Shown here: one piece after another, positions 44,801-56,700 of the stretch
Layout of the letters: each line of letters starts with the position of its first letter
Position numbering within the stretch: the first letter of the stretch is position 1
Source: Zygnema circumcarinatum SAG 698-1b
Taxonomy: Eukaryota > Plantae > Zygnematophyceae
Length of the DNA: 64,000 bases
Reading direction: 5' to 3'
Assembly: GCA_037447605.1 (NCBI GenBank)
Contig: CM074805.1
Location: 5,055,361-5,119,360 of the forward strand
Position numbers and translations under genes: made by a program
Notes under the pieces: generated by a model
What the model was told of the DNA's origin: nothing
What the model saw: only the letters and a program-made list of their open reading frames with translations
Database searches by the model: none

Positions 44801-47800
44801 CCCACTCCTCGAGTTGAAGAAAATTCCGGGAACAAATCCCGGAGGCATCCTTGCCCTCATCGCGTCTCTCTCGGCCATATCCAAGTCCTCAGACTCCTGT
44901 CCGTGCAAAGGTACAGTTTCGACCGAGTCTTCCTCATCTGACAGGTGAGTGTGTAGTGGGGCCGTCTCCGTCGATTTCTCCGGCTCCCTTTACTTGCGGC
45001 ACTTCGGGTTGTTCCCGCCTCGCACCGGCGTTCGGCGTGCTCTGGCGAGGTCGGCTCCTTGGCTCTCGGCATCTTGATCTCCTCAACCGGAGTTTGAGAG
45101 GCTTCGCGTAGCCTTCTCCGCTGGTACTCCCACTCACTCATACACAATCTCAATCCTGTCTTTTGGGGCTGGGTCTCACCTAAGCCCTTCACGCCCACCA
45201 GATCCGCAGGCGGTGGCTCCCTCGGCTTCTGCACTTCCTGCGAGACTATCTTTAGCCAGATAACGGCGGCCTCCAGCGCAACGAAACATATCCTTCAACG
45301 GCTTTCGCCGTCGCTTTCTGCAATACCGCCCCTTCCGGCTGCTTGTCGGCTGGCAGCGCCAGTGGCAGGCTCTCCCCGCCTCCCTGTCGCAAACACCATC
45401 AGGCATCTATTCCCCAAATATGCCGGTCATCGCGAGGAAGAATCTATGAGCATGGTCAGCGCCTGACGCACCGGCAGCTCCCCGCGAGGGGTAAGGGGCG
45501 GTCATGCCCCACGGCTCGGCAACCATTATCTCGGCGCGGTCTTCCGTTTACGTCATTTCTGCAAACTCCCATGTGCCAATCTGGCTCCGAGCACCGGGAA
45601 CTGTTCTTGTCCTCGGCATCTCGGCGAAAAATATTACGTATAAGATTGCTTGCGGTGTCGCGGGCCACAAGGTCGGTGTGAACCAGCTCCGGTTTCTCTG
45701 GCATGGTAAGCCTCCTCTCGCTCCTGCGAATGGTTTCGATGGCCTTCCCCTCTACACACACTCCTTGCAAAGCAGGCTCCTTCTCCACGACATCACGTCT
45801 AACCCGCGGACCAGTCCCTTAGCGGCAAAGGCACATTTGCAACCCCGATGGTTAAAAGATGTCCAAGTCTCACGATGCCGAGATTTATGGCAGTTTCAGC
45901 CACAACCATCACATCTTCATCCTCTGTCCTTCTATAATGAAGATTATACAGGCCTCCCTTCTCATACCCCTCAAACAGCCGCTTCCCCGTCACTGCGTGA
46001 GTAGCTACGCAAGACTTCTCCTTGAACGTGATCTCGTACCCCCTCTTACACACCTGGCTATGGACATGAAGTTACATTTCAGCTGGGGGGTGTAGATTAC
46101 ATCACCCGATACAGCAGCTCCTCCTCTCTTCTTAGTAGATGGCGAGCGTCTCCGAGAATCATCTTGACTACTCCACCCTTCGTGACTGTCACTCCCTCTC
46201 CGGTTGCCGAGTGAACAAATCGAGTCTTCTCCAGCGTGTCCAACGTGGAGAACATCTGCTTGTCGCCACACATGTGTGTGGAAGCGCCTGAATCGATCAA
46301 CCAGGGCCACTTCAGATCCTGAACCTGGATCTTCCCAACAAAGTCAGAACCTTCGGGCCTTTCAGCCATCATTAGATTGGTCTCATTCGACCCTCTGCAT
46401 TCGGTGCTCTTGTGACCTCGCTTCTTGCACTTGAAGCAGATCCCCTTGAAGCCTTTCTTCTCCTTCTTGCCGAATGCCGGCGCGCCTCCTCCTCACCGAT
46501 CTTGGGGACTCTTGTTCTTGTAGCAGTCTGCCGAGTAGTGGCCAGTCTTGCCACACGTGTAGCACGCTCCCGCAGGGCGTTCTCCTCGGTCCGACTTTGG
46601 CGCACCTCCTCTTCGGTCTTGTCGTGAGTGCAGCGCTAGCACCTTCTCCTCGGTGCTCCCGGTGTCTTGGACGGTGTCCTCCTCCTTGATCCTCCGCTTC
46701 ACTTGCTCAAGGGTCATTTTCGAGTTCGTTAGGACAGTCCTAAGCGCTGCGACTGCTACATCAAATCTGGAGGTCAATCCCCCTAAGAACTGGCTGATCT
46801 TATGGTCACTCTCTAACGGTTTCTGTAGAGCTATGAACCTCTCATCAAGGTATCAAGCACGACCATATATTCACTCCGGTTTCTCATCGAAGTCATCTCT
46901 TCATCTTCCCAGGCTGCGTGTAAGGGCGCTCACTATCGTGGCGTTATCCTTTACATCATACATCTCTTCTAAAAGCGCACCTCCATAGCATGTGAGGTGC
47001 GAGATCATCTGGCATGGACGAAGGACTTCCCCTCACACTCATGACGATCTGGGTGAGCGCTTTGTTGTCCTTGGCACTCCATCTGGCGAGCACCACTTCG
47101 TGTTCCGACTGCTGCTCCGCCATGGCTCCCTCCGGTAGCACCGGTGCCTTGATGGTGCCGTTGACGTACCCCAACAGTCCCTTGCCCACGAGCAAAGGAA
47201 CCAGCCGCCATCTCCACCCTTTGTAGTCTTGACCGTCGAATGCGGGAATGCTGAACTTCACGTGGTCCTCGTCGCCACCATTGGCTCTGATACCACTTGT
47301 TGGAGTCTGGATCTGCTCGCTGTTCCCGGCGCCACCTCGCGTGTCGCCCTCCATTGGAACTCCGGTTCCCACCGATGAACATCTTCTCTCTCTCACTCTA
47401 TCTCACTTCACTCATAGCCATAACTCACAGGGGGAATGAGCAGCGAGGCGAGCGCGGCGGAAATCACACCTGCAGAGGTATAGGAAGCTCCGCGGCTCTA
47501 AAACTCCTTTATAATAGAATGTCACCACATGATTCTCCCTCTCACTATTTACTTCTCCCTTACTCACTGCCTTTAGAGCACAAGCGAGGGGCAGCCCGGC
47601 CAACACGGCGAGGCCTGAGAATAAGTCCGGGGACTCTGATGGTCTAATGTGGTTATCCTTCATAACAAAGCTAAACCTATATACAGCCATGGCGTGTTAC
47701 GTGACATCTTCCTTGTTGACCGATGTCACGTCGTACCCTCATCGTTCGGCGGCAGTGCAGCGTTGGCATCCGGCTTTGCGGTCTTTTCGCAAACCTCGCC

Positions 47801-48240
47801 CGGCCACCGACCTGGTCAGTGCGTCAAAATCACCGTCGCCGCCCATCACCAGACATGCCGTCCGTTCGGCGAGCTTCCGCGCCTTACCCCGTCCGTACGC
47901 GTCGCGCCAGCAATGATATTTCGTTCGCGCACACGTACACATTAGCGAGTCGCTGACGAAATCTCAAAATTAAATGCATTTCGCGCCGTTCACACTTGTC
48001 GCGTGGGCTGGCGACTCGGTCTCCTCATATTAGATTGGCCTGCGTCGGAAGTCGCGGACGCACTAAAGTGCAGCCCAGTTCGCCGGCCTCGCCGACATCC
48101 TCGCCAGCGTCACGGGCCACCGACATTTAGCCCGACCGTATTTCACAGGAACACTACTAGTAGATCTCATGTTTCCCCAGCGAGGACCACAACAATGTTA
48201 GTGTGAACCCGTACAATGTCTAACTATAGCACTGCACTAC
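35818..48240 (-). mobile_element. Ty1/Copia family B element (outer copy), inserted in the family A gag and itself interrupted at the RT/RNase H junction
   Basis: 3' LTR about 35818-36792, PPT 36793-36803, RNase H 36809-37260 (TDNQSSIAL, FHKRTKHIRVQYHYVRE), RT 43570-44610, integrase about 45000-45700, protease 46097-46372, gag 46400-47270 (FDGQDYKGWRWRL...GLLGYVNG), PBS TGGTATCAGAGCC 47283-47295, 5' LTR 47298 to about 48240. TSD not resolvable. Confidence 0.88.
37273..43564 (+). mobile_element. Full-length Ty1/Copia family B element (inner copy), about 6.3 kb, TSD ATCAC
   Basis: 5' LTR 37273-38249, PBS-like 38251-38263, gag/PR/INT 38264-40560, RT 40812-42086, RNase H to about 42590, PPT AAGAGGGGGAT about 42592-42602, 3' LTR about 42603-43564. 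ATCAC at 37268-37272 and 43565-43569. Confidence 0.92.
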
Positions 48241-48872
48241 TTGATCCATTGTCTTTCATCATACATCCTCTAGCCTTCCATGAGGAGGTTTCGGATCATA
48301 CAGCATAAGGATGGACTTCCTCTGCAGCTCATAACTACAATGCTAGCGTCGAGGGGCTTTGTTGTCCTTGGCCTTCCATCGATGCAGCCGCGTGGAGTGC
48401 TTTCAAGCTGCTCCGGCCCAGAGGCTCAACGGTAACTCCAGCATGCCAATCTTTGCCATCAACGTATCAAAGCAACCCTTTGCTAAGCAAAGGCACCAAC
48501 CTCCATCTCCGCGGCTTTGTAATCCGCCTTCGAGCGGTATCTTTGAGACTTGGCGTGGTCCTCCGGTCTCCATGAGCTCGATGCCACTTGTTGGTGGGGA
48601 CTCACCTTGCTGTGCGCGACTTCTCCACTCGCATCACCTTCCATGAGTTCAGCGTTCCAATCGATGATGACATTTCCCAAACTCTCACGTTCACTCTACT
48701 AGCCCATTTTACTCTGAGTGAACCTCTCGGAATATGCACAGCGGGTGCAGAGGATGGGAGAAAGCTCTGGAAGCTCTAAAACTCCTTAATAATAATCTTA
48801 TCAACACAAAATAGAGTCCCCTCTCAAATAGCCCAATAAACTCAAAAAGCCCACTACCTCGCGGCACAAGCA

Positions 48873-48972
48873 NNNNNNNNNNNNNNNNNNNNNNNNNNNN
48901 NNNNNNNNNNNNNNNNNNNNNNNNNNNNNNNNNNNNNNNNNNNNNNNNNNNNNNNNNNNNNNNNNNNNNNNN
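48873..48972. other. 100-N scaffold gap, probably unsized
   Basis: Exactly 100 N. Smaller 10-N gaps at 23413-23422, 23706-23715, 25523-25532 and 26071-26080. Confidence 0.95.
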
Positions 48973-51122
48973 CCTAAAACCCTAAAAAACCTTAAAACCC
49001 TAAAACCCTAAAAACCCTAAAACCCTAAAAACCCTAAAACCCTAAAAACCCTAAAACCCTAAAAACCCTAAAAACCCTAAAACCCTAAAACCCTAAAACC
49101 AAAACCTCCTGGGGTAAAACCCTAAAACTTAAAAACCCCTAAAACCCTAAAAAACCCTAAAACCCTAAAACCCTAAAACCTCAAAACCCTAAAACCCTAA
49201 AACCCTAAACCCTAAAAACCCTAAAACCCTAAACCCTAAAACCCTAAAAACCCTAAAACCCTAAAACCCTAAAAAACCCTAAAAACCCTAAAAAACCTAA
49301 AAACCCCAAAAACCCCAAAAAACCAAAAAAACCTAAAAACCCAAAAAACCCTAAAAACCCCAAAAACCCTAAAAACCCCAAAAACCCTAAAAAACCTAAA
49401 AAAAAACCCCAAAAACCCCAAAAACCCTAAAAAACCCTAAAACCCTAAAACCCTGGGAAAACCCTAAAAACCCTCCTAAAAACTTCTGCAAAAACCCTAA
49501 AACCCTAAAACCCTAAAAACCCTAAAACCCTAAACCCTAAAACCTTGCAAAACCCTCCTAAAACCCTAAAAACCTCCTAAAAGTAAAACCCTAAAACCCT
49601 AAAACCCTAAAAACCCTAAAAACCCTAGTAAAAACCCTAAAAACCCTAAAAACCCTAAAACCCTAAAACCCTAAAAACCCTAAAACCCTAAAACCCTCAA
49701 AACCCTAAAAACCCTAAAAAACCCCTAAAAACCCTAAAAAACCCTAAAAACCCTAAAAAAAAACCCTAAAAAAAAACCCTAAAAACCCTAAAAACCCTAA
49801 AAAACCCTAAAAAAACCCTAAAAAAACCCTAAAAAAAACCCTAAAACCCTAAAACCCTAAAACCCTAAAACCCTAAAACCCTAAAACCCTGGGAAAACCC
49901 TAAAACCCTAAAACCCTAAAACCCTAAAAACCCTAAAACCCTAAAACCCTAAAAACCCTAAAACCCTGGGAAACCCTTAAAAACCCTAAAAACCTTAAAA
50001 CCCTAAAACCCTAAAAACCCTAAAAACCCTAAAACCCTGGGGTAAAAACCCTAAAACCCTAAAACCCTAAAACCCTAAAAACCCTAAAACCCTAAAACCC
50101 TAAAACCCTAAAACCCTAAAACCCTAAAACCCCAAAACCCTAAAACCCTAAAACCCTAAAACCCTCTAAAACCCTAAAAACCCCAAAACCCTAAAACCCT
50201 AAAACCCTGGGTAAAACCCTAAAAACCCTAAAACCCCAAAACCCTAAAACCCTAAAACCCTAAAACCCTAAAACCCTAAAACCCTAAAAACCCTAAAACC
50301 CTAAAACCCTAAAACCCTAAAACCCTAAAACCCTAAAAACCCTAAAACCCTAAAACCCAAAACCCTAAAACCCTAAAAAACCCTAAAACCCTAAAACCCT
50401 AAAACCCTTGGGAAAACCCTAAAACCCTAAAACCCTTAAAAACCCTAAAACCCTAAAACCCTAAAACCCTAAAACTCCCAAAACCCTAAAAACCCTAAAA
50501 CCCTAAAACTCCTAAAACTCTAAAAACCCTAAAAACCCCAAAACCCTAAAACCCTAAAACCCTGGGGTAAAAACCCCTAAAACTCAAAACCCTAAAACCC
50601 AAAACCCCAAAACCCTAAAACTCCTAAAACCCTAAAAACCCTAAAACCTCTAAAACCCTAAAACCCTAAAAACCCTAAAACCCTAAAAACCCTAAAAACC
50701 CTAAAACCCTAAAAACCCTAAAACCCTAAAACCCTAAAACTCCTAAAACCCTAAAACCCTAAAAACCCTAAAACCCTAAAAACCCTAAAACCTAAAACCC
50801 TAAAACCCTAAAACCCTAAAACCCTAAAACCCTAACAACAACCCTAACAACCCTAAAACCTTAGAAACCTAAAACCCTAAACCCTAACAACCCTAAAACC
50901 CTAAAACCCTAAAAACCCTAAAAACCCAAAAACCCTAAAACCCTAAAAACCCTAAAAACCCTAAAAAACACTTTCCCCTCGTCTTTTCCCTCTTTTCTCT
51001 CCTTCTAAAAACCCTAAAAACCCTAAAAACCCTAAAAACCCTAAAAACCCTAAAAACCCTAAAACCCTAAAAACCCTTAAAACCCTAAAAACCCTAAAAA
51101 CCCCTAAAAACCCTAAAAACCC
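48973..51122 (+). repeat. Telomere-type array (CCCTAAAA)n = (TTTTAGGG)n, about 2.1 kb, with CCCTAAAAA, CCCTAAA, CCCTGGG and CCCTAACAA variants
   Basis: Directly visible tandem 8-mer starting right after the 100-N gap (48873-48972), with the C-rich strand on +. Confidence 0.97.
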
Positions 51123-52030
51123 TTTTCCCTCGTTTCCCTCTTTTCTCCCTTTTCCCCCTTTTCCCTCTTTTTTCCTTTTCCCCCGTTTCCTTCTTTTCCC
51201 TCTGTTCCCTCTTTTCACTCATTTCCCGGTTTACCCTCATTTCCCGGTTTTCCCTCATTTCCCGGTTTTCGCTCATTTCCCGGTTTTCCCCCTTATCCCC
51301 CTTTTTCCTCCTTTCCCTCTTTTCTCTTCTTTCCCTCTTTTCCCTCTTTTCCCTCTTTTCCGTCTTTTTTTTCGTTTTTCCTGTTTTCCCATCTTGTCCC
51401 TCTTTTCCTCCTTTTCCCCCTTTTCCCTCTTGTCCCTCTTTTCCCTCGTTTCCCTTTTTCCCCTCTCTCCCGTTTCCTCTCTTTCCCTATTTTTCCCTCG
51501 TCTCTCCCTTTTCCCTCTTTTCCCTCGTTTCTCTCTTTTCCCTCTTTTCCCTCTTTTCCTACTTTTCCCTCTTTTCCCCCGTTTTCCTCTTTTCCCGCCT
51601 TTCCCTTTTTTCCTCTTTTCCCTCTTTTGCCTCTTTTTCCTCTTTTCTCTCTTTTCCCTCTTTTCCCTTTTTTCCCTCGTTTTACCTCTTTTCCCTCTTT
51701 TCCCTCGTTTTCCTCTTGTCCCTCTTTTCCCTCTTTTCCCATTTTTCCCTCGTTTCCCTCTTTTCCTTCTTTTCGCTCTTTTTTCTTTTTTCCTTCTTTT
51801 CCCTCTTTTCCCCTTTTCCCCTTTTTCCCTCCTTTCCCTCTTTTCCCTTTTTCCCGTCCTTTCCCTCTTTTCCCTCTTTTCCCTGTTTTCCCTCTTTTCG
51901 TTCTTTTCCCTCTTTTCCCTATTTTCCCTTTTTCCCCTATTTTCCCTCTTTTCCCTCTTTTTCCTGTTTTCCCACTTTTCCGTTCTTTTCCCACTTTCCC
52001 CTCGTCTTTTCCCTCTTTTCTCTCCTTCTA
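51121..52030 (+). repeat. Pyrimidine-rich degenerate (CCCTCTTTT)n-like tract next to the telomeric array
   Basis: About 900 bp of nearly pure C/T with a roughly 9-nt period. A 45-bp string occurs exactly at both 50969-51013 and 51992-52036. Confidence 0.9.
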
Positions 52031-52048
52031 AAAACCTTAAAAACCTGG

Positions 52049-52258
52049 GATATATCGCAGATTGATTCGAGTGCAATTTATTGTTATATATCATAGGTCT
52101 ATATTAGTGCAGAATACGGGATATATCACAGAGGGATTTGAGTGCAATTTATTCCTATATATTGCAAGGGGATTCTAATGCAGAATATCAAGATATATCA
52201 CAGAGTGATTTGAGTGCAACTTATTGTTATATATCGCAGAGGGGTTCTAGTGCAATTC
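52049..52258. repeat. Subtelomere-like minisatellite, 3 x about 72 bp
   Basis: GATATATC(A/G)CAGA...GAGTGCAA(T/C)TTATT units start at 52049, 52120 and 52192; each has two related halves of about 36 bp. Confidence 0.85.
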
Positions 52259-52559
52259 CGAGCAAAGGCATGAAAACCCTAGAAACCCACTAACAAGCGC
52301 TGATTTGCTCTCACAAAATACACTGTAGCTACTTAGAATCGACACTTGCAAGATGACCATGTTTAGAATGGGAATGCTTTATTCTATTGTGAATCTGAAA
52401 ATGTACAATTATGATGCCTACCATTCAAAGTCATGACTTGAATAGGACGTGCACCAGCGGCGCCCATACTTTACATCATCTGCATGACGATGAAGCCACC
52501 GTATATGTCACTTTTGCCCAGCTACAAAACTTCAGCCACGGTCAACAAATGTTTCCTTG

Positions 52560-53677
52560 TCAGTTGCCATCTAGGTCTCCCTTCAACCGATCCCACGGTT
52601 CGCTACGTACGCTAAATGCTCGATGGGCCAACGCTTTCCGCTTCTCAAACATGTCCCGCCGTCGGCGACTCTCCGCTCGATCGACCAATCCCGCCCTGAT
52701 GAAAAGTTGCTTCGCGGTCTCCCTGTGCCCAAGAAGCTCTTCGACCTCTGCTGTTTCCTGCACAGCCCCACCAAAACAATTTATTGGAGAAGACTGTCTC
52801 CCACAAGTCCAAACTCTTCTGTATAAATGCATGTGTCACGTATTGTCGCCTGGGCACACTGCATAAATCCACTACCCTCAAACCCCTTTCTAAGAAAACT
52901 AAGGGTTTTTAGGCTTCATTTCGTTCAAGAAGAAAAAGGGCCTCGTCTGCCAGGAAACTCACTTGGAGGACTGCCGCGTTGTTGGGCTCTGCCGTTAACG
53001 CAAGTGCCAGCAACTCCCGCGCTTCCTGCAGGTTTCCATGCAGTTGTCGTTCCAATCGGGCGTACGCCTGTCACCACTCCCCCAACCTCCAATCAACGCA
53101 ACAGCATTGTCTTCAACCAGACAATGACCACTTACCAACCTAATAAGTAGCTCAACTGAAGCGACGAGGTGTACGATCGTCATACAAAATAAATCACTGC
53201 ATCAATCCAATCACGGGCAAGTAGATACACAGATCCCCTACTACGGAGTAGTGCTCTCCAAGATAAACTGCCTCTCCCTACTATGTTGAATGCTGTAGTC
53301 TCCATCTCTTAACTCCATTCCATTCCTGTATGAAACGAAACGCATACGAAATCCCTCCGCTCTTTCTGAACTTTCAATGATTTGTCCGCAATCTGTTTGC
53401 AGCTGATGTCTTCTACCTTACAGGTGATGACTTCTTTATTCGATACTACTCCCATTTAAGTCGGAACCGAATTGCCATGATAAGTCAGACATTGCAGGCA
53501 CTTCACGATAAAAGTTGATTCTCGAACAGGAAGACTACAATGTCGCAGAGACATTCATAGCCATCCTAGCAAGAGACGAGTGGGAACTGGAAGAGAATAA
53601 CTGCCATAAAGAGGATCAAACATCAAGGTGTGGCTTTTGCGGCAAAAACCAACCTTGCTATGGATGCCAATTTAAGG

Positions 53678-53708
<31 letters not shown>

Positions 53709-56700
53709 CTAAAACAATACCCCGTCTGATATCCATAAGTCTTCCCCTATGCCGCACATCTAAACTTCATTGCATACAAACTGCCGTCAGAGGCATGCAC
53801 TACAAGCTCACCTGCAAACAGGCGACATCGGCAGGCGCAAGCTCCAACACTCTCCTCAACAACCGACGTGCTTCGTCCAGATTCCCTACTCTCTGCTCCA
53901 TCAGTGCCCAAGCCTGAATCCTCCAAAATTCCCATGGCACATCTGTTCAAAAAGAAAGAGAGAGAGTCTTTTGCGTACAGGAACACACTAATCACCATTG
54001 ACAACGCCTCGTGGCATTACGAGTTCTTCGAATTTCGCCCAAGCGAAAGTCGAGGGGCGAAAGTCGAGGAATTCAAAAAAAAAGAAAGCAGCAAGCCAGG
54101 GCAGCTAAGGAATTTCTTCAGCTTTTTTTAAATGAATTAGCTAGCTGCGAAGAGAACCTAAAACAGCAGTCATGGTGTTGGCCAACAATTCGACATCGCA
54201 GCAGTTGAAATGTAAGCACAAAATGACTTCAAGCAAAGGAATTCATGTCAAGGCCTGCCCTTATGCTCCAACACACGCACACCAATGCTCTAGAAACAGT
54301 TTGCATCATGCCATAACAGCCGAGATATGCCTCGAAAAAACTCCAAGGCTTGTGTTAGAGAAACTTCCCCGCGTAATAGCTCAAGGACCCTTTCCTCAAC
54401 TGCATAACTGCGCCATGCAAAGCTGCTAGGAATTGCATCACGTGAGGATGCACATAATCTAAGGCTAGCTTTCCACAATGCTGGGGTACAGGATGGCTAG
54501 CAGCATTCGCTGGAAGCCCAACTTCCAAAGTCATGCAGCGCTGCAATTGCTGACAGGCGCGTCTGCAGCAGCAATAGCCGCGCACTTTGATCATAAGGAA
54601 ATGAAGGACTGAAAAGGTGCCTACCCACCTGCCAAGCATAGACTGCCTGCGGAGCTACATCTACACAGTGCTGGTAAAGCTGTCGAGCCTTTCTCCAGCC
54701 TTCTTGGGTGTTCATCCGTCCTTCATGATGAGCCCACGCCTGCGTGAATGAAAACTTTCCCAGTAAATAGCAACCAATTATAATCATGGCATCTTCCTTT
54801 CAGATCCCGACAGTTATCCGTATCGCTTACCACCACTTTCTAACTCACCTGCAGTGTATGGATATTGTTGGGCGTGACTTGTAAAGCTCGACGAAACAGT
54901 GACCGCATGCGCTTAACATTTCCAAGCTCTGCCTCCATTACTCCCCAAGCCTGCGTCCACCCCTCTCAACCTCTGTATGCGTTGTTTACATTACGGTCCA
55001 CATAATCTCCTATGCAGACAAACTCTGCTTGTCTCACCATTCTGACCCATTCCAGTTTTGTAAAATCCCTGTTTTCCAACCGGAGAAGCTCGATAAGCTC
55101 AAAAACCTAACAGCCGAAAACAAACGTTGACTAATGCAACTTTCCCTAGATAACGAATGCGCCTTTTCTATCAACAGCCGACAAGTTCTACTCCGTCAGC
55201 ATTCAAAGAGTGCACGCCCCAAAAGCAGCAAGGAGAGATTCCATGCTTTTGCGAGTGTCCAGCACCTGCCAACAGACGACGTCGTACGGAGCGGCCTGCG
55301 CCGCCCGGCGGAAGTAGGTCCGCGCGAGGCCCCAGTTGTGCGGCGCCTTCTCGAGGAGCGCGCGCGCGTGCAGGACGGGGGCGCTGCGCGGCCGCAGCCG
55401 CTCCGCGCGGACCAACAGCTCCCGCGCGCGCGCCCACTGCCCGCACCGCTTCTCCAGCATCGCCCACGCGTGCAGGCCCACTACCTCAGCTTCCACCACT
55501 TCCGCACTCCTTTCCCCACTAGTCTGCATTGAATATGCCCAAACCACGTCCCTTACGACTGCATCCTTCATCCTACTTTTCTACCAAGCTCACAAGTCAA
55601 ACCTTGTTGCAGACATTAGAAGGAAGTCCTTTACTCGAGTCTTTCACAGCTGAGAGTAAAATTTTCATCACCAGGTCCCATTACTTGCTACTTGACTTTA
55701 TGTTTATGAAGTCACTCACTCTCTGAGCTATTTGAAGTGCTTTCTTAAATAGCTGACGGGCCCTGTCCGCCTGCCCATCATGTCCTTCCAGAGTGGCGAA
55801 GGCCTGCAACGCTCGGATGTATCTCGAACCACTCTCCCGCCAATACTCGAACACCTGAATGCTTTGTTCATAACGGCTGCGTGCAGCTTGAATATTTCCT
55901 GCTTCCCCAAAAAGCCATTCAGAGCTCTGGCTCGCTTGCTCTCACTCACAATCACTCAGAATCACTTCAGAAAGCTTTAGTGCAGTCTCCGTGTAACGTT
56001 TGATCTTTGCCCAACCTAACAAAATACAAATGGGTATGCGTGCAAGTTTATGAGCTAGCTTACCTTACGCGAAGAATTCATCCAAAATTTAGTAAACCAG
56101 TACATATCACAAACCTCATGTTTACTTGGAAACCTACGAGGACAGCGTGTTGTACTTGACAGCATGCTGCACTGCATATGAGCCCTAGTTTCGTGAGGGC
56201 CACATCTCACCAGACTTGCGCTCCAGCTGTGCGTAGTGCACCCACATATTCGCGTTCAACGGATGCTCCCTGATTAACTGCAGCATGTCCACTTTCACCC
56301 ACAGACCGCCATTTAGCACAGGCTCTTTCATCACCAGAACATCGTCACCCTTACGCAAAACAACGCCATAACAAGCGCCCTTCAATAGCTCCACCTACTC
56401 TGACCTAAGCTATTTCGCTACCTTCAGTGAGATGACGCGCTACTACCCAACAACTAGCACCAAACCATGCTCATGAAAAGACCCTGCAACTGAGTGTGTA
56501 CAAGGGTCAATTTCATGCAAATGGACTTGTAAAGACCTAAGCAGGAGGGTACAACTTGAGAGATTTGAATAATAGCGGCACAATGCATTACCGGCAGGCA
56601 ACGAAAGTTCGAATAAGTTTCAGTTTGAACTCAGTTTCTCGGCAAACATAAGCAATTTCTAGTGGTTAAGTCTGGCGCAGCTTGTCGATGGATGGTGACA

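Larger units (their letters stand above)
30785..48872 (-). mobile_element. Ty1/Copia family A element, split in gag by a family B element; 5' LTR runs into the gap
   Basis: 3' LTR about 30785-31778, PPT 31779-31789, RNase H about 31850-32300, RT 32504-33394 (YKARLVAKG, QLDIKTAFLYG, YVDDL), integrase 34305-34811 (VHSDLCGP, FRSDNGGEF), protease WLIDSGASTHM and two CCHC knuckles (34821-35729), gag N-terminal remnant 48240-48570, PBS-like 48574-48586, 5' LTR from 48589 matching 30800-31080. Confidence 0.88.

Noticed and set aside
50961-52096. Lys/Arg/Glu-rich and Phe/Pro/Ser-rich ORFs up to 273 aa
   Set aside because: They are stop-free readings of the telomeric and C/T low-complexity tract.
53990-54480. 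Extra HAT exons (AWAKFEE near 54020-54045; ALWKASLRL...FAWRSYAVEER near 54380-54480)
   Set aside because: They are partly HAT-like, but I could not find splice sites giving a consistent phase, so they were left out of the model.
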